A stretch of 40,408 nucleotides of DNA from a virus. Taxonomy: Duplodnaviria > Caudoviricetes. Location: IMG/VR virus record IMGVR_UViG_3300048769_000033, positions 1 to 40,408 of that record. One strand, written 5' to 3'. The notes beneath the pieces were generated by a model, which had not been told where the DNA came from, did no database searches, and saw only the letters and a list, made by a program, of their open reading frames with translations. This document shows, in pieces, positions 16,692 to 26,800 of this stretch. The translations under genes were made by a program, and so were the position numbers. Position 1 is the first letter of the stretch, and every line of letters starts with the position of its first letter.

Positions 16692-18431
16692 ATGGCAACG
16701 ACCCCAGTAGTACCGATTTCCGCCCCGGCCGCCCCGGCTCCGGCACCAGCGCCCTCCGCGGCTCCTCCAGCCGCATCACCCGCACCGCCAACTCCCGCCT
16801 CTCCAGCGCCTGCTGCGCCGTCGCCAACGGCACAACCCACAGCAGGCGCCCCACCGGCAGCCGACGCCGCGCCCAGCGGACCACAGCCGCCCGCAAAGCT
16901 GAATCCCGGCGAGTATGGCAACGCAACTGACTCCTACATGGCCGAGGTCCAGTGGAAGCAGGATCTAGCCGCATTCAAGGAAGCGAACCCCGGCGTAGCC
17001 ATCGAGGATGAATCACCGTGGACCGGGACGGAAGCGCTGCCGGCCGAGACGCCAGCCGCCGAACCCGGCACCGAAACCAAGACAGATGAGACGAAACCGG
17101 CTGACGCCGAGACGCCAAAGCCACCCGAGCCCGGCGCAGATGACGAGCCGTTTGGACTGGATGATGCTCCCGCCGCTCTCACTCCCCAGGCCTTGAACGA
17201 TCTTTTCAAGGGCGACGAGGCGCTCAAGGCAGCGGTTGAGGCCAACCCGGCCGCCAAAGGTGCGCTGTTCAAGATGGCTCGCGAGAACGCCGAACTGTCG
17301 CAATTTAAGGGCATTTTCCCGAACAAGGATGCTGCCACCTTTGCCCGCGACACCGCTAACCGCACGGTGGGCCTGCGCAGTCAGTTCCAGATGGCCGAGA
17401 CTCCCGAGGCGATGGCCGGAGCATTTGACTCCTTCATGCAGGAGTTCGCGGTCGTTGGAGCAGATGGCAAGCAAGTCATGGACGAGACAGGAAATCCGGT
17501 CTATGGCGATGATCTGTATATGTTTGGAGAGCACGTAGTCAATCGCTACGCGGACAGCACGTTGGCAGAGGTCGAGGAGAGGCTTGCCGCCAACCAATAC
17601 ACCGACGAGGCCCAGCGCGAGCGGGACAACGACCTCAAACTGGCGCTCTCAATCATCAAGGACGACCTTCACCCGGCCGAGCCTGGCGCGAAGGCTGACC
17701 CGGATCTTTCCCACTTGCCTGACGATGTGCGTAAGGAAGTTCAAGGCCGTTTGGACGAGGCCAAGCGCATAGAGAGCGAGAACGCGGCTGCCAAGGCTGG
17801 CGCTAAGAAGCAGAGCCGTGAGCAGGTCCGCACCGAGGGAAACAACAAGTTCTTTGCCGACGCAGGAAAACGAACCTTCGAACAGGCCCGCAGCATGGTC
17901 GAGAAGCTGCGCGCCGCCGGAGCCGTCATTCCGCAGTGGCAACTTGACGCCAAAGTCCCCGGCCAGAACTATACCGCATTCGACAACGAAGTCGGCAAGG
18001 CTATCGAAGCTCATCTCAAGTCCGACCCCTACGAGTACAACAAGCAATTTCAGCTTGAGTTGCAGTACATCGCCAACCCAACCCCAGAAAACCTCCAGGC
18101 CCGCCTGTCCGCATTCGACGCCGTGTTGCAGTCGAGAGATGATAGCGGCAAGAGCCTGCTCAACCGTGTTGTCACCAAATTGGTCCGCCAGTACGGTTCA
18201 CAGGCCTCTACGGCAACTACCGCGGCGGCTGGGACCGACAAGGCACCCGCAGCCAGCGTCGAGCCAAAAGCAGGCCCGGGTGCTCAACCTCATCAAATGA
18301 ATCCTGATGAGGCATACAGAGAGGCAACAAAACAGCTTGCCAGCGAGGTCAAAGACTGGCATTCTTTAAGTGCAAGCGAGCAGATGAGTCAATCGCTCGC
18401 ACGCCAGCGGAGAATTCTGACTGGCAGGTAA
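16692..18431 (+). CDS. Capsid scaffolding protein (putative)
   Basis: AAGGAG RBS; Pro/Ala-rich N-terminus, acidic helical body, basic C-terminal RQRR; lies directly upstream of MCP. Confidence 0.7.
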   Translation: MATTPVVPISAPAAPAPAPAPSAAPPAASPAPPTPASPAPAAPSPTAQPTAGAPPAADAAPSGPQPPAKLNPGEYGNATDSYMAEVQWKQDLAAFKEANPGVAIEDESPWTGTEALPAETPAAEPGTETKTDETKPADAETPKPPEPGADDEPFGLDDAPAALTPQALNDLFKGDEALKAAVEANPAAKGALFKMARENAELSQFKGIFPNKDAATFARDTANRTVGLRSQFQMAETPEAMAGAFDSFMQEFAVVGADGKQVMDETGNPVYGDDLYMFGEHVVNRYADSTLAEVEERLAANQYTDEAQRERDNDLKLALSIIKDDLHPAEPGAKADPDLSHLPDDVRKEVQGRLDEAKRIESENAAAKAGAKKQSREQVRTEGNNKFFADAGKRTFEQARSMVEKLRAAGAVIPQWQLDAKVPGQNYTAFDNEVGKAIEAHLKSDPYEYNKQFQLELQYIANPTPENLQARLSAFDAVLQSRDDSGKSLLNRVVTKLVRQYGSQASTATTAAAGTDKAPAASVEPKAGPGAQPHQMNPDEAYREATKQLASEVKDWHSLSASEQMSQSLARQRRILTGR

Positions 18432-18736
18432 CAAGTTCGTCACCCTCGTTTCTATCGCTTCCAAGGGTTTAGGGCGGCCGAAGGAGAGCGAATCGGCAGG
18501 CCGCCCGCGATTTTAGAACGACCCGAGAGCACGGCTAGAGTACCGGCGAGCAATCTACCATCGGCGTTACCCGCTGCCGCCGACAGCGCAGGATAGAGAG
18601 CCAACCAGGGAAAGGCTAGAAGCCCTCACAGCCAAGAATCCGCCCCGGCAATCGGCCGGCGCGCACCGCCCACTCCTAACCGAGCAACGCCGCGACACGC
18701 TCTCCATGCGAAGCGTGAGCGAAGGAGTGTAACACC
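18432..18736 (+). other. 305-nt non-coding, hairpin-rich leader of the capsid gene
   Basis: No credible ORF; GGGCGGCC 18472-18479 pairs with GGCCGCCC 18499-18506; CACGC/GCGTG hairpin just before the GAAGGAG RBS. Confidence 0.5.
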
Positions 18737-20041
18737 ATGCCAACACCCAATTTCACCACTGCATCCGCTGATTCCGTCATCATGCTCCAGACCTACACGC
18801 CGCCCAAGGAAGTCATTGAGAACATGGAATCCGAGCTTGACCGCCGGTTCTCGACCATGGGCCCGCAGACCATCACCAGTCTCCAGGAATTCCGCGTCAT
18901 GCTGCAGTACGAGTACGGTGGCAGCTTCGGAGCTGGTTCGACTGATGGCGGCAACTACCCGACCGGCACCGGTGGGGCATACAACGAGGGCATTATGACC
19001 CCCGTCGAGATCCTCCTGGCCATCACCTGCACCGACCTCCAGAAGCGCATCGGCAACTCCGGAAAGACCGTTATCGCGGTCAACCCCGTCGATAAGTTGG
19101 TCGCCGACGCGCACACGAAGATGCCCAAGAAGCGCAACCAGTCGCTCCAGGGATTCAACACCGGCCAGATCGCTACCGTCTCGGCCACCTATGCCGGCGG
19201 CGGGGCCAACCCGATCGCTCTGGCTACCGCTCCGTTCGGTTCCCGTCTGATCGACATTCAGGACACCGTGCAGTTCATGTCGGGTGACGGCAACTACACC
19301 CTGCGCGGCTCGGCCGTCGTGGTCGACGCTCCCAAGAACGGCATTGGCACCGGCAACCAGATCACTGTTGATAACGTGCCCGCCGGCGTCGTGGCTGGCG
19401 ATTACGTGATGGTCAACAACGTTGCCTCCGGCTCTCCGCTGTTCTTCAACGGAATCCAGTACATTGTCAGCCCCAACACGACTGGCGAGTATCTGGGCAT
19501 GGACCGCAGCCTGTCTTACGTGCAGAGCCCGGCCTACAATGCCAACTCCCTGCTCACCCTGGGCATCGTCGAGACGTTCCTGACCCGCATGCAGCAGGCC
19601 CTCGGTAACACAACCTACAACCGCGACCGCCCCAAGAACTTCTGGTACGGCCACAACGCGCAGCGCGCATCGTGGAACCAGCTCGGCTTTGCCATCCAGC
19701 AGATCACCATGCCCACTGGAAAGGCGCCGAAGTTCGACGGTGTTCCCGACACGTTCTCCATGGAGATGATTGCCGGCGTCGAGTGGCTTCTGGACACCGT
19801 GGCGGCCATCGACAAGCTGTATTTCATGGACCGCAGCAGCATGATTCGCTGCCGCTTCAACGACGCTCCCCAGTTTGTTCCCGGTCAGATCGAGGGCATC
19901 TGGTTCCAGCGCCCCAGCGGCAACAACACCAGCTCGTTTAAGGACGCCTGGCTGTATGACGCGGTGAACTATGCTTCGAGGAATAACTGGACCTCGGGCG
20001 TGATTTACGGACTTTCGATACAAACGTCGTTCAGTAATTGA
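18737..20041 (+). CDS. Major capsid protein (putative HK97 fold)
   Basis: 434 aa, strong RBS, strongly C-ending codon usage, follows portal and scaffold. Confidence 0.82.
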   Translation: MPTPNFTTASADSVIMLQTYTPPKEVIENMESELDRRFSTMGPQTITSLQEFRVMLQYEYGGSFGAGSTDGGNYPTGTGGAYNEGIMTPVEILLAITCTDLQKRIGNSGKTVIAVNPVDKLVADAHTKMPKKRNQSLQGFNTGQIATVSATYAGGGANPIALATAPFGSRLIDIQDTVQFMSGDGNYTLRGSAVVVDAPKNGIGTGNQITVDNVPAGVVAGDYVMVNNVASGSPLFFNGIQYIVSPNTTGEYLGMDRSLSYVQSPAYNANSLLTLGIVETFLTRMQQALGNTTYNRDRPKNFWYGHNAQRASWNQLGFAIQQITMPTGKAPKFDGVPDTFSMEMIAGVEWLLDTVAAIDKLYFMDRSSMIRCRFNDAPQFVPGQIEGIWFQRPSGNNTSSFKDAWLYDAVNYASRNNWTSGVIYGLSIQTSFSN

Positions 20042-20057
20042 AACTAAAGGGGTTAGA

Positions 20058-20837
20058 TTACTCTATCCCCTTCCAGTTCAACCCTTGGCACACGGCACAG
20101 ATCGTCGTCGCTTTCACATCAAAAAGCGCGGCGATCTTGCCATGTGCAATACCCCAACTTCTCAACAGTTTGATGGTGGGTATCTTATCTTCGGAGAGAG
20201 CAACGAATCGCCGTCTCCGCTGATTTTCTATCGCAGTCACAGCTTCCAGATGATCGGGATTTACGCAGGAAGGAACAAAGCAAAGATGGTCAACTTGGTA
20301 ATCGGCTGGAATCTCACCCTTGGCCTGGGTGTAAAAATGACGGTGCGCAGCATATCCGACGCCATCGACCGTTATCTTGCCGTAGCCATGTTCATCTTTG
20401 TAAAGCTGCCAAATCCAGCATGGCGTCTTGTATCCCCGGTCCTCAATAACATACTGGGCTCCCGACTTTCGCGTGTGGTGATTATGGATGAATCTCATTG
20501 GGTGCCCGGAGAGCGCTCCTGTCCGCCGATTGCTGAGCGTTGCAATTGGAGCTGGTTGGCCGCAGCCGCACTGGCAGAGGCCGGACGGGTTCGGCGGCGG
20601 GATGGGCGGCCCGCAATGGTGCCCATAGAGAAACCGTACGTGTTGGTCCTTGACCCATCCAATACCTCGCGAGGTGTAGGCGGCAACGGGAGTCGTCCGG
20701 CCACATCCGCACTGACACAATCCCGATGGGTTAGGCGGTTCCATGTTTTTCTCGCGCTTCGCCTTCCAATGGTGGCCAATAAGGTAGTTGGACTTGCATG
20801 GATGGCCGCACCCACATTTACAAAGTGTGTTGGACAT
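20058..20837 (-). CDS. Free-standing HNH homing endonuclease with three CxCGCG...HH repeats and a C-terminal HTH
   Basis: CWIW...GYG...AHR...DHLC..PSCVNPDHLEAVT..EN core; the only credible minus-strand gene. Confidence 0.9.
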   Translation of the reverse strand: MSNTLCKCGCGHPCKSNYLIGHHWKAKREKNMEPPNPSGLCQCGCGRTTPVAAYTSRGIGWVKDQHVRFLYGHHCGPPIPPPNPSGLCQCGCGQPAPIATLSNRRTGALSGHPMRFIHNHHTRKSGAQYVIEDRGYKTPCWIWQLYKDEHGYGKITVDGVGYAAHRHFYTQAKGEIPADYQVDHLCFVPSCVNPDHLEAVTAIENQRRRRFVALSEDKIPTIKLLRSWGIAHGKIAALFDVKATTICAVCQGLNWKGIE

Positions 20838-20880
20838 GAATTTACCCTCTCAGAATCAGTTCTACTCTAACACATAACCG

Positions 20881-20910
20881 GCGGGCTGCTTCGGTGGCCC
20901 GCTTTAGTTT
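20881..20910 (+). terminator. Intrinsic terminator, probably the capsid-gene terminator displaced by the HNH insertion
   Basis: GCGGGCTGC-TTCG-GTGGCCCGC, C(UUCG)G loop, then TTTAGTTT. Confidence 0.7.
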
Positions 20911-20919
20911 GGAGAAAGC

Positions 20920-21060
20920 ATGAGCATCAAGTTCTGGATTGCACGAAAGTCTGACGGCGTGCTAGTCGGCTGCCGTACGTGGAGGCGCTCGTTCAAGGAG
21001 TGGTCTCTGGTTTTTTGGATCAACCATCATTTCTGCTGCGTTGGAATGGGTCTCCGGTAA
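20920..21060 (+). CDS. 46-aa hypothetical peptide
   Basis: GGAG RBS at 20911; TAATG overlap with the next gene; not in the ORF track. Confidence 0.4.
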   Translation: MSIKFWIARKSDGVLVGCRTWRRSFKEWSLVFWINHHFCCVGMGLR

Positions 21061-21755
21061 TGCTTGATCCTCTACGCGATACCCCTCAAGAAGTCATCGA
21101 CAAACTCACCCGCTGGGGTGGTCACAACGAGTACGGCGACCCCAACTGGCGAATCATTCTGGCCGAGAACCATCTGGTCCAGCGCGCCGGCATGTGGACG
21201 GAGTTCGAAGAGGACACCGAGCAGGTTCACTTTGAGACGGTCGGCAACCAAGTACGCTACACCACGCGCCAGATCGCTCCGGATGCCATTCGTACCGGCG
21301 TTCTCTGGGTTCCGAAGTATCCTTGCACCGGCTGGATTCTTGAGCGGTGGTTTCCGCCATCGGCTTACGGGTCCAAGGTTCAATGGGAGTCTGCTCTATC
21401 TCAGGATGGCGTTACGCCCATGATGGGACCGTTTCCCGAGCGCGGCGGCTACTTCATGCTGTCTGGCGGCGGCCCATGGCCTCAGATTCCTTTGCTTGAG
21501 GACGTTCACCAGGCCATCGCGCAGTGGGAGAACGCGCCACACTGCCACGGCATTGTGAACGAGGAAGACATTGCCCGAGCGATGCAAAAAGACATAGAGG
21601 AATCTGACGCAAAGGAAGCGGCCCAGTATGAGGCTTTCTTGCGCGAAGTCACCTACATGCGCGAGACGCATCTCGAATTCATCAAGGGAAATCCGGCACT
21701 CTCGGGCTTCCGTAACCGGCTCGCCAGTTCGCAAGGACTGACCAGTCACATCTAA
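21060..21755 (+). CDS. Hypothetical phage protein (post-capsid)
   Basis: Start revised to ATG 21060; GGHNEYGDPNWRII and WILERW motifs. Confidence 0.75.
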   Translation: MLDPLRDTPQEVIDKLTRWGGHNEYGDPNWRIILAENHLVQRAGMWTEFEEDTEQVHFETVGNQVRYTTRQIAPDAIRTGVLWVPKYPCTGWILERWFPPSAYGSKVQWESALSQDGVTPMMGPFPERGGYFMLSGGGPWPQIPLLEDVHQAIAQWENAPHCHGIVNEEDIARAMQKDIEESDAKEAAQYEAFLREVTYMRETHLEFIKGNPALSGFRNRLASSQGLTSHI

Positions 21756-21801
21756 CCTCGCGGGACAGGTTCTCGGAGCGTAGCAGAAGGAGCGTATTAC
21801 C

Positions 21802-22746
21802 ATGCCAGCAGAAACAATCGCACCCCCAATCATCGGAGCCGACTCAGTTCTAGCCAGTGGCGGCCGCCCCAACGTAGAGTCTCTCGGCCATGCAGCCCAA
21901 GAGCGTCTCAATATCCGTGAGCAGAAGCTCACCGAACTGGAACTCCGCGGCGAGATCAAGCCGGCCACCATCCTCAACCTCTCACCGTTCCCGCTCAAGG
22001 TCGAGACTGGCCTATGGGATTACCAAGTTCCTGCGAAGCCAACCGACAAGCCGTTTGGAATCCTTACCGTATCCGGTACGCGCAGCTTCCCAATCTACCG
22101 CGGAAACCAGGAGATGTCAGACAAGAGCCTGCGCGCTCGCTACGACGTCAAGATCCTGCTTCCCGTCGAGCAGTTGATGGAGTTCAAGCACTGGTATATC
22201 GGCGAGACCGACGAGGATAAGCTCGTCAAGTCTGGCGGCGTGGTCGTCTTCGAGGGCGACATGGACGGCATCACGCCAAACTCTATCGTGCGGGTTCCCG
22301 AGTACGTCTTCAAAAAGGGACGCCGCTATCTGCGCTTTGTCGATCGTCCTCTCAAGGAATGCTTGACAGAAGCAAAGGAGCAACTCTACAACCATTGCCA
22401 TGCGGTCCTGATTGAAGCCGGCCACGACGCCGACGATCCGCAGAAGCGCAAGAATATCCAGAAGTACCAGCATATCGTCGCCGACTTCATGCTCCAGCAG
22501 AAGCAGATCCAGAAGGCTCCTTCCTGGCGCGAGGTTCAGTTCAAGGCGGAGGATTGCTGCCCACGCTGCAACGCGCAGTACGTGTCGAAGACCGGAATGT
22601 GCAAGTGCTCCTACGTGGTTGATCCTCTCCTGGCGTATCTGTCCGGTGAAATCGCGTATGATCACGTTCGAATGAACACGCTGACGGCCGAGCAGTGGAA
22701 AAAGGCCAAGGCCGAACAAGCACGGCGCGAAGATGCGCAGAAGTAG
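21802..22746 (+). CDS. Hypothetical protein with C-terminal Zn ribbon (CPRC...CKC)
   Basis: GAAGGAG RBS, 314 aa. Confidence 0.8.
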   Translation: MPAETIAPPIIGADSVLASGGRPNVESLGHAAQERLNIREQKLTELELRGEIKPATILNLSPFPLKVETGLWDYQVPAKPTDKPFGILTVSGTRSFPIYRGNQEMSDKSLRARYDVKILLPVEQLMEFKHWYIGETDEDKLVKSGGVVVFEGDMDGITPNSIVRVPEYVFKKGRRYLRFVDRPLKECLTEAKEQLYNHCHAVLIEAGHDADDPQKRKNIQKYQHIVADFMLQQKQIQKAPSWREVQFKAEDCCPRCNAQYVSKTGMCKCSYVVDPLLAYLSGEIAYDHVRMNTLTAEQWKKAKAEQARREDAQK

Positions 22747-22752
22747 GGGACC

Positions 22753-23484
22753 ATGCAAACCAGGGGCGATGCATTCAAGATAGTGGGTGGACTCGTCGGC
22801 GTCACTTATCCCGATGACGATTGGCTTACACCGGAATACCTCGCCCCGAAATGCAATCTAGCCTACGACCAGGCCATCATGTACCTAGAGCTCTCCTGCT
22901 CTCCATACATCGAAAAGGTCGTTACTGTTCCCAACGTGAATGTAGGCGTGGACGAAAATAACCTAACTCCGTATGGAATCACGTCATCTGGTGGGCAGGA
23001 GAAAACTTATCCATTTGAGCAGTTGGTCGAGCCTCGATTTGTAGACTTCCGCGTATCGGGTCAGACTGGCCCATGGAAGCCGGTCAAGGAATGCACCATC
23101 CTACCCGACACGCCTTCGCAGGTATTGGCGGGCACCTTCGACTTTCGAGTGCGCGGAGATTTCCGTCCCGCTCCGCTTACCAGCGATGACTCCGTGATCG
23201 AGATTCATCCGATGGCTGCGCACGCACTCGCTTACTCTATCGGAGCAATAATCGGATTTGAGCGTCCTAATGATGCTTGGGCGTCGAACTACGCAACTGA
23301 GGCAAAGGCTGCATGGGATGTGATCTCCGCAAAGCTAACGACCCAGATGCAGCGCGAAAACTTCCGCCTTGGCTCACCGAACCGAGGCTCTTCCGGCGGT
23401 AGAGGACTCGGGTGGAGTTACAACCTCCAAGCAAACATGGGCTTCGAGTGGCGCAGTTTTGGACTGTTCGTAAAGTTGATCTAA
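22753..23484 (+). CDS. Putative head-tail adaptor / tail tubular protein A-like
   Basis: Size and position before the nozzle; helical N- and C-termini around a beta core; assignment by synteny. Confidence 0.55.
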   Translation: MQTRGDAFKIVGGLVGVTYPDDDWLTPEYLAPKCNLAYDQAIMYLELSCSPYIEKVVTVPNVNVGVDENNLTPYGITSSGGQEKTYPFEQLVEPRFVDFRVSGQTGPWKPVKECTILPDTPSQVLAGTFDFRVRGDFRPAPLTSDDSVIEIHPMAAHALAYSIGAIIGFERPNDAWASNYATEAKAAWDVISAKLTTQMQRENFRLGSPNRGSSGGRGLGWSYNLQANMGFEWRSFGLFVKLI

Positions 23485-23510
23485 CCAATTCAACCCAAGG
23501 AGAAATCACC

Positions 23511-23891
23511 ATGGCAGTAACTCTCACACTGCTTCGCCAACTGCGCGGAGTCAACTACAAGAAGTCGGTGATTCAGGCCGTTATGTCTGGATCTTACGTT
23601 AATCCAACTGGGGAACTCGTCAATCTCAACGCTGCATCTGTTCTGAATCCGAGCGCACTAGACTTCACAGGTCCAAACCCATCGGATAGCTCTCTTCCGG
23701 CAGTAGTCGCCGCTCAGTCTATCGGTGGGTGGCAAGCTCAACTTGCACCAGTTCCTGGTAGCCCCAATCAGTTCAATTTGACTTTCTGGAACGGTACAAC
23801 TCAACTTGGATCAGGAACGTATGCGTCTCTAGCTGCCGCAATCGCTTCCGGCATTCTGACCTTCGAACAAGAGTGGGACCTCGGTTCCTAA
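23511..23891 (+). CDS. Small beta-rich virion protein (putative)
   Basis: AAGGAG RBS, start revised to ATG 23511. Confidence 0.7.
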   Translation: MAVTLTLLRQLRGVNYKKSVIQAVMSGSYVNPTGELVNLNAASVLNPSALDFTGPNPSDSSLPAVVAAQSIGGWQAQLAPVPGSPNQFNLTFWNGTTQLGSGTYASLAAAIASGILTFEQEWDLGS

Positions 23892-26800
23892 TTGGCTAAC
23901 TACGGGAACGCAACCAAGGTTGAATTCAGTCGCTGGCTCGGCCTCGTAGATGAGGATGATCCGACAAACCTGCCGATGGGGTGTGCAGCCCTCTCGCAGA
24001 ATTGCCGGTTCAATCTTACCGAGGTCGGGACCAGATTCGGAGTTCAAACCGCCATCCAGGGAATCAATCAGAGTCCGGTAAGCGGACTCCTGCCATGCGC
24101 TTACACGCCAGAGAGCGCAACGCAGGATTACTTTCAGGCTATCCTTCTCTACGACTACCTAGGCACGCTCCAGATCGAGAATCCTACAGGCACAGGCCGC
24201 ACCACAGCGATCAGCAGCCCAATTGTTCCCCTTCCCGCACAGTCGCACATGATAGGGACTCAGGCCTACAACCGGGCTTGGATGGGATTCTCGAACCTGC
24301 TCACGCCAACGGCTTTCCCGGCTGCTTACGATCTCTCCACAAAGACCCTCTACCCCTACGGCATGAAGCCGGTCGGTTTTGGCTGGTACGCTGGCGCTCT
24401 TGTCCTGGCTGGGGAATGCTGCACGTCGTCTGAGTTACGCTCTGGCGTCACTGTAGCTGTCGGTAACGGACATCTCTACATCTGCACCGTTGCGGGCACG
24501 ACCGGCGCAACGCAGCCTATCTGGCCGCTCACCGAGGGAGGTACAGTGGTCGACGGCGGAGTCACATGGAAAGAGCAGACTCCCGTCATGGCGAACCGTA
24601 TCCCCGTTCCCGCGTCGCCGGCACTCACACAGGCAGGTGGAGGAACTTGGAGTGCGGCAGACGACGTCTATGTAACATTCACTCTCTTAAATAATCAAGG
24701 TGAGACCCCGCCGTCAATTCCAGTCTTTTTCAATCCATCTGGAGCAGGAACGACTGTAAACGTACAAATTCCCGCACTTGCTTCGCTTGCTGGTTGGATG
24801 CAGACTCTGCCTCTAACGTACATACCTACCGGCGCAAACGTCTATGTAGCATCAGTTGCGCATGGTGCTGCCGCTCCTCAACTATCTACATATCTGCAAA
24901 CTAACTTGACACCCATTGCTCTCGGGACTCTTTACGGCATCACGGCGGCTGGCGCTGGAGCAGCCCCACCCACGACCAACACTGCGAGAATCACAGGTGG
25001 GCAGTTGCCTACGCCAGACGTTGAGCCGGTTATCACGCGCTCGGCTGGAGCTGGATCATTCCCTGCCGGTCGCGATGTATATATTCTCCAGACCTACGTC
25101 AATGCTGTTGGCGAGACACTTCCAGGACCAGCGAACTCCATCGTAGATACCCTTTCAAACGACGCAGTAGTCATCAACACACAATTCCTTCAGGGTTACG
25201 CTATGACTGGAATCAATCTCTACGAGTGCGACGTTCCGACCGGAACGACCTTTGACGGGAGCACATTCCCGCCGTACGGAGACTTTGCGCTCTTCGGAAC
25301 TTTTGGGACTGGAGCAGTGGTCACAATCACGGATACGGTGATCGGCCCCCCACCGCCCACTGTTAATACGACAGGACCGGCAGGAAACATCGCGCAAGAC
25401 ACGCTCCAGGGTGGACCGAACAGCACTCAGGGCTATCGCTGGATGACCGTCGCGTATCAAGATCAGTTCGACACCATCTCAGGATTCACGAAAGCTTCAG
25501 CCGTAAACTACATCGTTGACGAGAACGGATGGGAGTTATCCGTCTTCAATCTTCCTACGGGTCCAAGCTACATCAAGAACGTGATTTGTAGTTTCACGGT
25601 TGCTGACGGAACCAGCGCAGGGCCTTATGCTTACTCTCCTGAAACGCTGGTATCAGATGGAATCCAGATCACGACTACGGTATTTCCCAACGGAACATCG
25701 AGCGGGACGGTAAACTTCACGGATGAGTATCTGACTGGATTGATTGCGTCGACGGCAACAAACACCACTGACCGTCTTCGCGTGATCCAGCCGCAGCAAT
25801 GCGTCGACCTCTACTTCTCTGAGGCGACAAGACGGCTGTTTCAGACAGGCGTTCCTGGCTTCTACTCTGGTCACTGGGTATCTCTTGCAGACGATCCAGA
25901 GACCTACTATGGTGACACGAGCAATATCCAGGTTGGCAGCGACGACGGAGAGCGCGCATGGTGCGTGCGAGAGTACCAGGGTGTACCTTACTCCCTGCGA
26001 GAGCGGTCTGGATTCGAATTGTCTCCTACCACGTCCGATCCTGCTACATGGACAGTCACGAAGCGCTGGACGAAAGTAGGACCATGCGGGCCGCGCGCCA
26101 TCGACGTTTGTGGCCAGTTCTTGATTTTTATCCATTCAAGCGGAATCTATAAATACGAATCCTCTGCTCCGGAACTCATGTCGAAAGAACTCAACCGCTT
26201 CTGGACAACGATCAACTGGAGAACGCAGGAAACTATCTGGTGTGCGATCGATGTAGAGTACCACGAGATTCATATCGGTCTACCAGTGGGCGACAGCACA
26301 ATTCCCAACGTCGTTCTGGTTCTCAATTATGAGGAGGGGTGGAACAATCCGCTTCTTTTCTCTCGGTATTCCGGAAAAGAGATCACAGTCGAGCAGTGCC
26401 GGAAGTACAGCGTCTGGACAAACATCACTGCTTACTATGGGATGCGTGCTTATCGGACAGTCACAGGACTTCCGACGCCAGACGAGGGTCCAGCAGACAC
26501 AAGCGAAGAGGTCAGCCGGCAGTTCATCTCGCAAATGCTCTACGCTTCATCGGCTCCAGATGGAACCGTGCAGGCTCTAACTCCTGGCGTCTACAACGAC
26601 AACACATCAGGAATCGACTGCCAATATGAGACGATCTCCGCGCAGCAGATGATGGTGCAGTGCAAACTCAGCGGCATAAACATGAATGTGCGCGGCAACG
26701 GAAGCCTCTTTGTCTCATTCATCGCCGGTGCCCGCCGCATCACCGACTGGCAGGCCGACACGCCGCAGCCTAACTGGCTGGTCAAGATGAGTCCGATGCA

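Noticed and set aside
18626-20023. 465-aa minus-strand ORF
   Set aside because: Antisense shadow of the strongly codon-biased capsid gene; no motifs
20085-20870. 261-aa plus-strand ORF
   Set aside because: Shadow of the minus-strand HNH gene, which has clear catalytic motifs
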